Below are positions 50,906 through 64,000 of a stretch of DNA of 64,000 bases, in pieces. Below the pieces are notes generated by a model. That model did no database searches, had not been told where the DNA came from, and saw only the letters and a program-made list of their open reading frames with translations. Source of the DNA: Mytilus trossulus (lineage: Eukaryota); contig NC_086382.1 in NCBI RefSeq assembly GCF_036588685.1, positions 32,798,001 through 32,862,000 on the forward strand. The letters run 5' to 3'. Made by a program: the position numbers and the translations under genes. The first letter of the stretch is position 1. The number at the start of each line of letters is the position of its first letter.

Positions 50906-51429
50906 GTTATTTCAGGGATGAACTGACTGTATTTAGAAAGTCGTGGCAAGGTCACAAGGTTATTTCAATGAAGAACTGACTGTATAAGGAAAGTCGTGGC
51001 AAGGTCACAAGGTTATTTCAATGAAGAACTGACTGTATATAGAAAGTCGTGGCAAGGTCACAAGGTTATTTCAATGAAGAACTGACTGTATAAGGAAAGT
51101 CGTGGCAAGGTCACAAGGTTATTTCAATGAAGAACTGACTGTATATAGAAAGTCGTGGCAAGGTCACAAGGTTATTTCAATGAAGAACTGAATGTATATA
51201 GAACGTCGTGGCAAGGTCACAAGGTTATTTCAATGAAGAACTGACTGTATAAGGAAGTCGTGGCAAGGTCACAAGATGTTTTCAATGAAGAACTGACTGT
51301 ATATAGAAAGTCGTGGCAAGGTCACAAGGTTATTTCAATGAAGAACTGACTGTATAAGGAAGTCGCGGCAAGGTCACAAGGTGTTTTCAATGAAGAACTG
51401 ACTGTATATAGAAAGTCGTGGCAAGGTCA
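50906..51429 (+). repeat. 53-bp minisatellite, about 9-10 copies
   Basis: Unit GTCGTGGCAAGGTCACAAGGTTATTTCAATGAAGAACTGACTGTATATAGAAA starts at 50940, 50993, 51046 ... 51415. Confidence 0.93.
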
Positions 51430-52635
51430 TAATATAAGGCCATAACTTTGACAATAGACATATGATTTGTTACGCTTTAAATGTCAGTATGATGAATATG
51501 AGAATACTGATAAAATAATGACGACACATTCAGAAGTACTATCATAAAAGTAAAGTTTTAATTATGACTATAACAAAAATGTTACTGTTAAACGTCCACG
51601 AACAGATCTCGTAAACGTCTTATTTCAATCTCTCTTATCGCTCCCGTTTTCTGATATGTCGCGTGGCGCGTAGTAAGCGACCTATCAGAAAGCAGAAGCG
51701 ATTAGAGATCGGTTTTTAATTCAGATTTGTCTTATTTTTTAAAAATGCATATGTAATATAAACAGTTAGAAAGAATATTGAAATATTGTCTTATAAAGGT
51801 ATAAAACATTCAAATTGAAATGTCTGAACGATTGAAGAGAATGGTTCAGTCAACCACCATTTTTGTATGAATTTTTTTAAAACATAATCAGAGCTGCAAT
51901 GTTTAATATAATTTAACAACATAAAATTCTCTAATCTGTTTGCCAACTGTCGATTTGCAAATAATCTAAAAAAAACGAACTGAGAAGACAAAGCCAGTTA
52001 TGTAATGGATAATCTGAATATTTGTTTGATTGTTAGTCCAGTGGCATATATTTGAGCCTGCATATTTATCCCTTTTGTTGACACTTTCATTTGTTATTCG
52101 ACTATAAAAAAAATCAATTAAATAAATCTATTAATAACAAATTTGTGATTTATTTTGGCTGACAAATGTCGAATGTAACTCTCAGTCTGAGATTTGTGGT
52201 GTCACTTCAACACCACACAATTGTGTATTTATTTTATAACTTTATAAAGTATGCTTATGACAGTTCTAAGCTCATAACAATAACATTATATTTACATGTC
52301 TCAAAAAATACATGTATAATTTCTTCAGTTTTCCAATAACGTTAAGCGTATCGTCTTATTTCTTGTTTTTTCTCTCTCTTTCTTCAGTTTTAGTTTTGTT
52401 TTAGGCAATTGTTACAAAAATGGTCTATCAATCTGATGTAAACACCATTCAAGACCCCATGCACTTTTGAAAACGATGATTAAATTCTCCTTTTTAAAGA
52501 AAATTCGATACATTTCTGTTTTTTGTCAAAGTTATAACACGAGGGAACATCTGAAATAATCAATCCAAATAAACGGCAAATTCAAGTCGCGGTGCCATTT
52601 TTTGTCAAAGTAACACGTGGAATAAAATAAAATGC

Positions 52636-53214
52636 TCAATCCAAATACACTGCAAAGCATGTTGCCATGGCAAATATTGTTTTGTTCTCATATGAAGCAG
52701 TAGCAAAAGTGTCACGATGTTCATCCCATATACATCTGCTGCCTACTTTTATTGATGTATTCGTGTTCTGTCCTAAGATAACATGAACTATGAACCTATA
52801 CCGTTTCCATGGGAATATTTTGGCTCTATCTTTGATCTGATTGGATACGGTATGAACTAGAGTATTGCACGTGACGGAGTCGTAAGGTGCGTCGCCGATT
52901 ACTTCTTCCATAATCTCTTGCATTGCTTTTTCCATCTTAGAACATGAAAATAGTTCGTCGTCCTTTGGTTCTAGACGAAAAGTATTTTCGTACTTAACTC
53001 CACGCTTGATTGACCTTAGCATATCCATACTATCTAGGTCAGACGACATTGACCTTTCTCTTGTCTGCGCATGGATACTCAGTTTGCTTCCTGCCCCCCT
53101 TGCTCTCGAGTTTTTACCAGTAGACTTTTTCCAATCTGATTTTGCTACAGATTTTGATCCTCTCCGTTCTAACACGGTATCCATTATATTGTCTAGTACT
53201 TTGTGATTCGACAT
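52636..53214 (-). CDS. Tctex1-domain protein, paralogue 4
   Basis: VKYENTFRLEP ... FPWKRYRFIVHVILGQ ... VGSRCIWDEHRDTFA ... TCFAVYLD. First ATG at 53214; closest to paralogue 3. Confidence 0.9.
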   Translation of the reverse strand: MSNHKVLDNIMDTVLERRGSKSVAKSDWKKSTGKNSRARGAGSKLSIHAQTRERSMSSDLDSMDMLRSIKRGVKYENTFRLEPKDDELFSCSKMEKAMQEIMEEVIGDAPYDSVTCNTLVHTVSNQIKDRAKIFPWKRYRFIVHVILGQNTNTSIKVGSRCIWDEHRDTFATASYENKTIFAMATCFAVYLD

Positions 53215-54768
53215 TTTTTTCACTATTCAATATGTGAACACTTACTAGTATGGAAGAGTCTAAATCCTAGTAAATTCTCTACTGAAAAGGAGAAAATTCA
53301 GTACGATCTACGATATAACAAATATAATCTACACTAAAGCGCACAAGACTATAGTGACGCAAAAAATCGCAGATAAACAGTTCACCAAAAGTGTTTATTT
53401 GTTGTCTAAACAATATTAGAAAAATATGCATTGATCCATTCCAGTAAGTTTGACTTGTGTTTTAAATTAGTTACCAATACAGATGTAATCTGAAACCGTG
53501 CCATTTTGTTTTTTTCCTGTAAACAATTTTAAGGTCTTTTTATGGTAATCAATTTTTCAAGCAGTTTCTTGTAACAGAGCATCATCAAGTTCATATTTAA
53601 TTATATAATGATATCATAAGAAACAGAAAAATATCGTCTGGTCAATAACCAACAAGTATTTACAGGAACGCAAGATGTTCTTTGGGAAAAACAGATCTGA
53701 TAAAAATTAGAAATTGTGATTTCAATCGACATAAGTACTGATAGATTTTCTTCCAAAGCGGTAACATTGAGTCATACAAATTCTGTTTCATTTTTCAAAA
53801 GTAAGAATTAAACAGTTCCATGCAGTTACATTTAGCTTGCCAATTAAAAAATGGAATGATCCACCGGTTTACGATCATATAATAACTAACTATGTCTTTA
53901 AATGTTTTTCACAGTGTATGCATCTTTAGGTAACTGATGTCAAAATAATCCATTCTTACAGTACGTAAGGATTTCATTGATGATTGTCACATTGATTTCA
54001 ACATTTCACAAAGGAGGGGGAGGAAGGTAGTCTAGTTTACGGCATGGCTTTAAAGAATCACACATTGTTTTTCTAGAAGAAATTTCAGAGACTCGGATTT
54101 GATAAAACATTTTTATTTAAGGATCTACTAAAATATTTCAGCACCTCCATAATTATAATTTGGGAGATATATAAATCATTGAGCATACTTAAATATTTGT
54201 GAACCTCCACAATTCATTTCAGGATATCATTTATAATAAATCGAATTGTGGAGTTTCTGCAATATTTGTGAATCTCCATAAACATTGAAGGTTATCTTAA
54301 ATTGGATTATAGAGGTCTTGAAGTATATATGATAGTGAATCTCCATAAATATTATGAAAATTCTAATAAATTTAAGCACCTCCTGATATTAAATGACGAA
54401 GGCTCACCAGGCAGAAGCTAGCGAACAATAGCTAGCGAACAATAAGCCAGCGAACAATAAGGCGATATATCGAGAAACCAAAAAACAAAAAAAGACAACA
54501 ACGGCCGTTAAATAAAAAAATATTCAAAAAGGCAGAAAATCAGTTAAAATATAGCAATTTTAACTCAATTTTGAAATGGTTTTTATCCAATCCATTGATT
54601 TAACAAGTCGCATAACTTTCTAGGCTAAAATTCAGTACCACAATAACTCTGCATCTATCGACGGACTATTTGTAGGTGTAGGGCCACCAATGCACCCACT
54701 TCAATTTAGAACGTATGTAAAAGTAGTCCTACCAAGTAAAATATAGTAACTTTTATGCCATTGTTTAA

Positions 54769-57700
54769 TCTAGAGCTCAAAAAGGGCGCTATGTTCAAAA
54801 ATCTGAAACTAGACCTCAAAATTTGAAAAAAATGTCAAAAAATAAGGGGGGTCGGCCTATTCTAGGGCTTCTAGAGAAAAATAATGAGGGGTGCCACGGG
54901 GTATGACTATATAGGTCTTGTAGAGGAGAAACAGGTGCTTCTTTTGCGCTAGATGTCGAAGGGCGCTATGTTCAAAAATTTGAAACTAGAGCTCAAAATT
55001 CGAAAAAAATGTCTAAAAATTGGGGACAGGGTCGGCCTATTCCAGGACTTCTTGAGAAAAATAATGAGGGGTGTCACGGGGTATGACTATATAGGTCTTG
55101 TAGAGGAGAAACAGGGGCTTCTTTTGCGCTAGGTGTCGAAGGCCGCTATGTTCAAAAATCTGAAACTACAGCTCAAAATTCGAAAAAAATGTCTAAAAAA
55201 TGGGGACAGGGTCGGCCTATTCCAGGACTTCTAGTGAAAAATAATGAGGGGTGTCACGGGGTATGACTATATAGGTCTTGTAGAGGAGAAATAGGCGCTT
55301 CTTTTGTGCTAGGTATCAAAGGGCGCTATGTTCAAAAATCTGAAACTAGAGCTCAAAATTTGAAAAAAATGTCAAAAAATTAGGGGGGTCGGCCTATTCC
55401 AGGGCTTTTAGAGAAAAATAATGAGGGGTGTCACGGGGTATGGCTATATAGGTCTTGTAGAGGAGAAACAGGCGCTTCTTTTGCGCTAGGTATCAAAGGG
55501 CGCTATGTTCAAAAATCTGAAACTAGAGCTCAAAATTTGAAAAAAATGTCAAAAAATTAGGGGGGTCGGCCTATTCCAGGGCTTTTAGAGAAAAATAATG
55601 AGGGGTGTCACGGGGTATGGCTATATAGGTCTTGTAGAGGAGAAACAGGCGCTTCTTTTGCGCTAGGTATCGAAGGGCGCTATGTTCAAAAATCTGAAAC
55701 TAGACCTCAAAATTTGAAAAAAATGTCAAAAAATAAGGGGGGTCGGCCTATTCTAGGGCTTCTAGAGAAAAGTAATGGGGGGTGTCACGGGGTATGACTA
55801 TATAGGTCTTGTAGAGGAGAAACAGGAGCTTCTTTTGTGCTAGGTATCGAAGGGCGCTATGTTCAAAAATCTGAAACTAGAACTCAAAATTCGAAAAAAA
55901 TGTCTTATAAATGGGGGTAGGGTCGGCCTATTCCAGGACTTCTAGAGAAAAATAATGATGGGTGTCACGGGGTATGACTATATAGGTCTTGTAGAGGAGA
56001 AACAGGCGCTTCTTTTGCGCTAGGTGTCGAAGGGCGCTATGTTCAAAAATCTGAAACTAGAGCTCAAAATTCGAAAAAAATGTCTAAAAATTGGGGACAG
56101 GGTCGGCCTATTCCAGGACTTCTAGAGAAAAATAATGAGGGGTGTCACGGGGTATGGCTATATAGGTCTTGTAGAGGAGAAACAGGCGCTTCTTTTGCGC
56201 TAGGTATCGAAGGGCGCTATGTTCAAAAATCTGAAACTAGACCTCAAAATTTGAAATAAATGTCAAAAAATAAGGGGGGTCGGCCTATTCTAGGGCTTCT
56301 AGAGAAAAATAATGGGGAGTGTCACGGGGTATGACTATATAGGTCTTGTAGAGGAGAAACAGGCGCTTCTTTTGCGCTAGGTGTGGAAGGGCGCTTTGTT
56401 CAAAAATCTGAAACTAGAACTCAAAATTCGAAAAAAATGTCTAAAACATGGGGGTAGGGTCGGCCTATTCCAGGACTTCTAGAGAAAAATAATGAGGGGT
56501 GTCACGGGGTATGACTATATAGGTCTTGTAGAGGAGAAACAGGCGCTTCTTTTGCGCTAGGTATCGAAGGGCGCTATGTTCAAAAATCTGAAACTAGACC
56601 TCAAAATTTGAAAAAAATGTCAAAAAATAAGGGGGGTCGGCCTATTCTAGGGCTTCTAGAGAAAAATAATGGGGGTGTCACGGGGTATGACTATATAGGT
56701 CTTGTAGAGGAGAAACAGGGGCTTCTTTTGCGCTAGGTGTCGAAGGGCGCTATGTTAAAAAATCTGAAACTACAGCTCAAAATTCGAAAAAAATGTCTAA
56801 AAAATGGGGACAGGATCGGCCTATTCCAGGCCTTCTAGAGAAAAATAATGAGGGGTGTCACGGGGTATGACTATACAGGTCTTGTAGAGGAGAAATGGGC
56901 GCTTCTTTTGTGCTAGGTATCGAAGGGCGCTATGTTCAAAAATCTGAAACTAGAGCTCAAAATTTGAAAAAAATGACAAAAAATTAGGGGGGTCGGCCTA
57001 TTCCAGGGCTTTTAGAGAAAAATAATGAGGGGTGTCACGGGGTATGGCTATATAGGTCTTGTAGAGGAGAAACAGGCGCTTCTTTTACGCTAGGTATCGA
57101 AGGGCGCTATGTTCAAAAATCTGAAACTAGACCTCAAAATTTGAAAAAAATGTCAAAAAATAAGGGGGGTCGGCCTATTCTAGGGCTTCTAGAGAAAAAT
57201 AATGGGGAGTGTCACGGGGTATGACTATATAGGTCTTGTAGAGGAGAAACAGGCGCTTCTTTTGCGCTAGGTGTCGAAGGGCGCTATGTTCAAAAATCTG
57301 AAACTAGAGCTCAAAATTCGAAAAAAATGTCTAAAAATTGGGGATAGGGTCGGCCTATTCCAGGACTTCTAGAGAAAAATAATGAGGGGTGTCACGGGGT
57401 ATGACTATATAGGTCTTGTAGAGGAGAAACAGGTGCTTCTTTTGCGCTAGGTGTCGAAGGGCGCTATGTTCAAAAATTTGAAACTAGAGCTCAAAATTCG
57501 AAAAAAATGTCTAAAAATTGGGGACAGGGTCGGCCTATTCCAGGACTTCTTGAGAAAAATAATGAGGGGTGTCACGGGGTATGACTATATAGGTCTTGTA
57601 GAGGAGAAACAGGGGCTTCTTTTGCGCTAGGTGTCGAAGGGCGCTATGTTCAAAAATCTGAAACTACAGCTCAAAATTCGAAAAAAATGTCTAAAAAAGG

Positions 57701-60700
57701 GGGACAGGGTCGGCCTATTCCAGGACTTCTAGTGAAAAATAATGAGGGGTGTCACGGGGTATGACTATATAGGTCTTGTAGAGGAGAAATAGGCGCTTCT
57801 TTTGTGCTAGGTATCAAAGGGCGCTATGTTCAAAAATCTGAAACTAGAGCTCAAAATTTGAAAAAAATGTCAAAAAATTAGGGGGGTCGGCCTATTCCAG
57901 GGCTTTTAGAGAAAAATAATGAGGGGTGTCACGGGGTATGGCTATATAGGTCTTGTAGAGGAGAAACAGGCGCTTCTTTTGCGCTAGGTATCGAAGGGCG
58001 CTATGTTCAAAAATTTGAAACTAGACCTCAAAATTTGAAAAAAATGTCAAAAAATAAGGGGGGTCGGCCTATTCTAGGGCTTCTAGAGAAATATAATGAG
58101 GGGTGTCACGGGGTATGACTATATAGGTCTTGTAGAGGAGAAACAGGTGCTTCTTTTGCGCTAGATGTCGAAGGGCGCTATGTTCAAAAATTTGAAACTA
58201 GAGCTCAAAATTCGAAAAAAATGTCTAAAAATTGGGGACAGGGTCGGCCTATTCCAGGACTTCTTGAGAAAAATAATGAGGGGTGTCACGGGGTATGACT
58301 ATATAGGTCTTGTAGAGGAGAAACAGGGGCTTCTTTTGCGCTAGGTGTCGAAGGGCGCTATGTTCAAAAATCTGAAACTACAGCTCAAAATTCGAAAAAA
58401 ATGTCTAAAAAATGGGGACAGGGTCGGCCTATTCCAGGACTTCTAGTGAAAAATAATGAGGGGTGTCACGGGGTATGACTATATAGGTCTTGTAGAGGAG
58501 AAATAGGCGCTTCTTTTGTGCTAGGTATCAAAGGGCGCTATGTTCAAAAATCTGAAACTAGAGCTCAAAATTTGAAAAAAATGTCAAAAAATTAGGGGGG
58601 TCGGCCTATTCCAGGGCTTTTAGAGAAAAATAATGAGGGGTGTCACGGGGTATGGCTATATAGGTCTTGTAGAGGAGAAACAGGCGCTTCTTTTGCGCTA
58701 GGTATCGAAGGGCGCTATGTTCAAAAATCTGAAACTAGACCTCAAAATTTGAAAAAAATGTCAAAAAATAAGGGGGGTCGGCCTATTCTAGGGCTTCTAG
58801 AGAAAAGTAATGGGGGGTGTCACGGGGTATGACTATATAGGTCTTGTAGAGGAGAAACAGGAGCTTCTTTTGTGCTAGGTATCGAAGGGCGCTATGTTCA
58901 AAAATCTGAAACTAGAACTCAAAATTCGAAAAAAATGTCTTATAAATGGGGGTAGGGTCGGCCTATTCCAGGACTTCTAGAGAAAAATAATGATGGGTGT
59001 CACGGGGTATGACTATATAGGTCTTGTAGAGGAGAAACAGGCGCTTCTTTTGCGCTAGGTGTCGAAGGGCGCTATGTTCAAAAATCTGAAACTAGAGCTC
59101 AAAATTCGAAAAAAATGTCTAAAAATTGGGGACAGGGTCGGCCTATTCCAGGACTTCTAGAGAAAAATAATGAGGGGTGTCACGGGGTATGGCTATATAG
59201 GTCTTGTAGAGGAGAAACAGGCGCTTCTTTTGCGCTAGGTATCGAAGGGCGCTATGTTCAAAAATCTGAAACTAGACCTCAAAATTTGAAATAAATGTCA
59301 AAAAATAAGGGGGGTCGGCCTATTCTAGGGCTTCTAGAGAAAAATAATGGGGAGTGTCACGGGGTATGACTATATAGGTCTTGTAGAGGAGAAACAGGCG
59401 CTTCTTTTGCGCTAGGTGTGGAAGGGCGCTTTGTTCAAAAATCTGAAACTAGAACTCAAAATTCGAAAAAAATGTCTAAAAAATGGGGGTAGGGTCGGCC
59501 TATTCCAGGACTTCTAGAGAAAAATAATGAGGGGTGTCACGGGGTATGACTATATAGGTCTTGTAGAGGAGAAACAGGCGCTTCTTTTGTGCTAGGTATC
59601 GAAAGGCGCTATGTTCAAAAATCTGAAACTAGAACTCAAAATTCGAAAAAAATGTCTAAAAAATGGGGGTAGGGTCGGCCTATTCCAGGACTTCTAGAGA
59701 AAAATAATGAGGGGTGTCACGGGGTATAACTATATAGGTCTTGTAGAGGTGAAACAGGCGCTTCTTTTGTGCTAGGTGTCGAAGGGCGCTATGTTCAAAA
59801 ATCTGAAACTAGAGCTCAAAATTCGAAAAAAATGTCTAAAAATTGGGGACAGGGTCGGCCTATTCCAGGACTTCTAGAGAAAAATAATGAGGGGTGTCAC
59901 GGGGTATGGCTATATAGGTCTTGTAGAGGAGAAACAGGCGCTTCTTTTGCGCTAGGTATCGAAGGGCGCTATGTTCAAAAATCTGAAACTAGACCTCAAA
60001 ATTTGAAAAAAATGTCAAAAAATAAGGGGGGTCGGCCTATTCTAGGGCTTCTAGAGAAAAATAATGGGGAGTGTCACGGGGTATGACTATATAGGTCTTG
60101 TAGAGGAGAAACAGGCGCTTCTTTTGCGCTAGGTGTCGAAGGGCGCTATGTTCAAAAATCTGAAACTAGAGCTCAAAATTCGAAAAAAATGTCTAAAAAT
60201 TGGGGATAGGGTCGGCCTATTCCAGGACTTCTAGAGAAAAATAATGAGGGGTGTCACGGGGTATGACTATATAGGTCTTGTAGAGGAGAAACAGGTGCTT
60301 CTTTTGCGCTAGGTGTCGAAGGGCGCTATGTTCAAAAATTTGAAACTAGAGCTCAAAATTCGAAAAAAATGTCTAAAAATTGGGGACAGGGTCGGCCTAT
60401 TCCAGGACTTCTTGAGAAAAATAATGAGGGGTGTCACGGGGTATGACTATATAGGTCTTGTAGAGGAGAAACAGGCGCTTCTTTTGTGCTAGGTGTCGAA
60501 GGGCGCTATGTTCAAAAATCTGAAACTAGAGCTCAAAATTCGAAAAAAATGTCAAAAAATAAGGGGGGTCGGCCTATTCTAGGGCTTCTAGAGAAAAATA
60601 ATGGGGAGTGTCACGGGGTATGGCTATATAGGTCTTGTAGAGGAGAAACAGGCGCTTCTTTTACGCTAGGTATCGAAGGGCGCTATGTTCAAAAATCTGA

Positions 60701-63700
60701 AACTAGACCTCAAAATTTGAAAAAAATGTCAAAAAATAAGGGGGGTCGGCCTATTCTAGGGCTTCTAGAGAAAAATAATGGGGAGTGTCACGGGGTATGA
60801 CTATATAGGTCTTGTAGAGGAGAAACAGGCGCTTCTTTTGCGCTAGGTGTCGAAGGGCGCTATGTTCAAAAATCTGAAACTAGAGCTCAAAATTCGAAAA
60901 AAATGTCTAAAAATTGGGGATAGGGTCGGCCTATTCCAGGACTTCTAGAGAAAAATAATGAGGGGTGTCACGGGGTATGACTATATAGGTCTTGTAGAGG
61001 AGAAACAGGTGCTTCTTTTGCGCTAGGTGTCGAAGGGCGCTATGTTCAAAAATTTGAAACTAGAGCTCAAAATTCGAAAAAAATGTCTAAAAATTGGGGA
61101 CAGGGTCGGCCTATTCCAGGACTTCTTGAGAAAAATAATGAGGGGTGTCACGGGGTATGACTATATAGGTCTTGTAGAGGAGAAACAGGGGCTTCTTTTG
61201 CGCTAGGTGTCGAAGGGCGCTATGTTCAAAAATCTGAAACTACAGCTCAAAATTCGAAAAAAATGTCTAAAAAAGGGGGACAGGGTCGGCCTATTCCAGG
61301 ACTTCTAGTGAAAAATAATGAGGGGTGTCACGGGGTATGACTATATAGGTCTTGTAGAGGAGAAATAGGCGCTTCTTTTGTGCTAGGTATCAAAGGGCGC
61401 TATGTTCAAAAATCTGAAACTAGAGCTCAAAATTTGAAAAAAATGTCAAAAAATTAGGGGGGTCGGCCTATTCCAGGGCTTTTAGAGAAAAATAATGAGG
61501 GGTGTCACGGGGTATGGCTATATAGGTCTTGTAGAGGAGAAACAGGCGCTTCTTTTGCGCTAGGTATCGAAGGGCGCTATGTTCAAAAATTTGAAACTAG
61601 ACCTCAAAATTTGAAAAAAATGTCAAAAAATAAGGGGGGTCGGCCTATTCTAGGGCTTCTAGAGAAATATAATGAGGGGTGTCACGGGGTATGACTATAT
61701 AGGTCTTGTAGAGGAGAAACAGGTGCTTCTTTTGCGCTAGATGTCGAAGGGCGCTATGTTCAAAAATTTGAAACTAGAGCTCAAAATTCGAAAAAAATGT
61801 CTAAAAATTGGGGACAGGGTCGGCCTATTCCAGGACTTCTTGAGAAAAATAATGAGGGGTGTCACGGGGTATGACTATATAGGTCTTGTAGAGGAGAAAC
61901 AGGGGCTTCTTTTGCGCTAGGTGTCGAAGGGCGCTATGTTCAAAAATCTGAAACTACAGCTCAAAATTCGAAAAAAATGTCTAAAAAATGGGGACAGGGT
62001 CGGCCTATTCCAGGACTTCTAGTGAAAAATAATGAGGGGTGTCACGGGGTATGACTATATAGGTCTTGTAGAGGAGAAATAGGCGCTTCTTTTGTGCTAG
62101 GTATCAAAGGGCGCTATGTTCAAAAATCTGAAACTAGAGCTCAAAATTTGAAAAAAATGTCAAAAAATTAGGGGGGTCGGCCTATTCCAGGGCTTTTAGA
62201 GAAAAATAATGAGGGGTGTCACGGGGTATGGCTATATAGGTCTTGTAGAGGAGAAACAGGCGCTTCTTTTGCGCTAGGTATCGAAGGGCGCTATGTTCAA
62301 AAATCTGAAACTAGACCTCAAAATTTGAAAAAAATGTCAAAAAATAAGGGGGGTCGGCCTATTCTAGGGCTTCTAGAGAAAAGTAATGGGGGGTGTCACG
62401 GGGTATGACTATATAGGTCTTGTAGAGGAGAAACAGGAGCTTCTTTTGTGCTAGGTATCGAAGGGCGCTATGTTCAAAAATCTGAAACTAGAACTCAAAA
62501 TTCGAAAAAAATGTCTTATAAATGGGGGTAGGGTCGGCCTATTCCAGGACTTCTAGAGAAAAATAATGATGGGTGTCACGGGGTATGACTATATAGGTCT
62601 TGTAGAGGAGAAACAGGCGCTTCTTTTGCGCTAGGTGTCGAAGGGCGCTATGTTCAAAAATCTGAAACTAGAGCTCAAAATTCGAAAAAAATGTCTAAAA
62701 ATTGGGGACAGGGTCGGCCTATTCCAGGACTTCTAGAGAAAAATAATGAGGGGTGTCACGGGGTATGGCTATATAGGTCTTGTAGAGGAGAAACAGGCGC
62801 TTCTTTTGCACTAGGTATCGAAGGGCGCTATGTTCAAAAATCTGAAACTAGACCTCAAAATTTGAAATAAATGTCAAAAAATAAGGGGGGTCGGCCTATT
62901 CTAGGGCTTCTAGAGAAAAATAATGGGGAGTGTCACGGGGTATGACTATATAGGTCTTGTAGAGGAGAAACAGGCGCTTCTTTTGCGCTAGGTGTGGAAG
63001 GGCGCTTTGTTCAAAAATCTGAAACTAGAACTCAAAATTCGAAAAAAATGTCTAAAAAATGGGGGTAGGGTCGGCCTATTCCAGGACTTCTAGAGAAAAA
63101 TAATGAGGGGTGTCACGGGGTATGACTATATAGGTCTTGTAGAGGAGAAACAGGCGCTTCTTTTGTGCTAGGTATCGAAAGGCGCTATGTTCAAAAATCT
63201 GAAACTAGAACTCAAAATTCGAAAAAAATGTCTAAAAAATGGGGGTAGGGTCGGCCTATTCCAGGACTTCTAGAGAAAAATAATGAGGGGTGTCACGGGG
63301 TATAACTATATAGGTCTTGTAGAGGTGAAACAGGCGCTTCTTTTGTGCTAGGTGTCGAAGGGCGCTATGTTCAAAAATCTGAAACTAGAGCTCAAAATTC
63401 GAAAAAAATGTCTAAAAATTGGGGACAGGGTCGGCCTATTCCAGGACTTCTAGAGAAAAATAATGAGGGGTGTCACGGGGTATGGCTATATAGGTCTTGT
63501 AGAGGAGAAACAGGCGCTTCTTTTGCGCTAGGTATCGAAGGGCGCTATGTTCAAAAATCTGAAACTAGACCTCAAAATTTGAAAAAAATGTCAAAAAATA
63601 AGGGGGGTCGGCCTATTCTAGGGCTTCTAGAGAAAAATAATGGGGAGTGTCACGGGGTATGACTATATAGGTCTTGTAGAGGAGAAACAGGCGCTTCTTT

Positions 63701-64000
63701 TGCGCTAGGTGTCGAAGGGCGCTATGTTCAAAAATCTGAAACTAGAGCTCAAAATTCGAAAAAAATGTCTAAAAATTGGGGATAGGGTCGGCCTATTCCA
63801 GGACTTCTAGAGAAAAATAATGAGGGGTGTCACGGGGTATGACTATATAGGTCTTGTAGAGGAGAAACAGGTGCTTCTTTTGCGCTAGGTGTCGAAGGGC
63901 GCTATGTTCAAAAATTTGAAACTAGAGCTCAAAATTCGAAAAAAATGTCTAAAAATTGGGGACAGGGTCGGCCTATTCCAGGACTTCTTGAGAAAAATAA
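54769..64000 (+). repeat. Satellite DNA array, ~177-180-bp monomer, about 51 copies, running off the window, with higher-order structure
   Basis: Monomer AAGGGCGCTATGTTCAAAAATCTGAAACTAGAGCTCAAAATT...GGTCGGCCTATTC...GTCACGGGGTATGACTATATAGGTCTTGTAGAGGAGAAACAGG. Rare variants recur at 3576-bp spacing. Confidence 0.98.

Noticed and set aside
50906-51429. CRISPR-like appearance of the short tandem array
   Set aside because: Units are contiguous with no unique spacers, there are no cas genes, and the context is eukaryotic.
59769-63662. Repeated ~105-aa ORFs in the satellite
   Set aside because: They appear only where a TGA>TGG variant opens the frame, start at non-ATG codons and have no domain signal.

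Overview
AT-rich, repeat-dense animal genomic DNA. The interspersed repeat families resemble those I recall from the mussel Mytilus (inference, no search run). Host genes: (i) the promoter and first coding exon of a muscle myosin heavy chain on the - strand at the left edge; (ii) a six-exon + strand gene (15566-20181) that splices in frame into a 552-aa protein with the order TIR - coiled coil - death domain - CARD - polybasic/CaaX, preceded by clustered AP-1, kappaB-like and ETS motifs; (iii) four single-exon Tctex1-domain (dynein light chain Tctex-type) paralogues on the - strand. Mobile DNA: a truncated Gmr1-type Gypsy pol (protease-integrase-RT order); two apparently intact full-length LINEs, one nested in a TIR element and one whose ORF2 has no AUG before the endonuclease and follows ORF1 in frame after a single TAG; two minimal type I hammerhead ribozymes; many MITEs and hairpins; a 53-bp minisatellite; and over 9 kb of ~179-bp satellite with a 3576-bp higher-order period. 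The best candidate for an undescribed system is the membrane-anchored TIR-DD-CARD adaptor.
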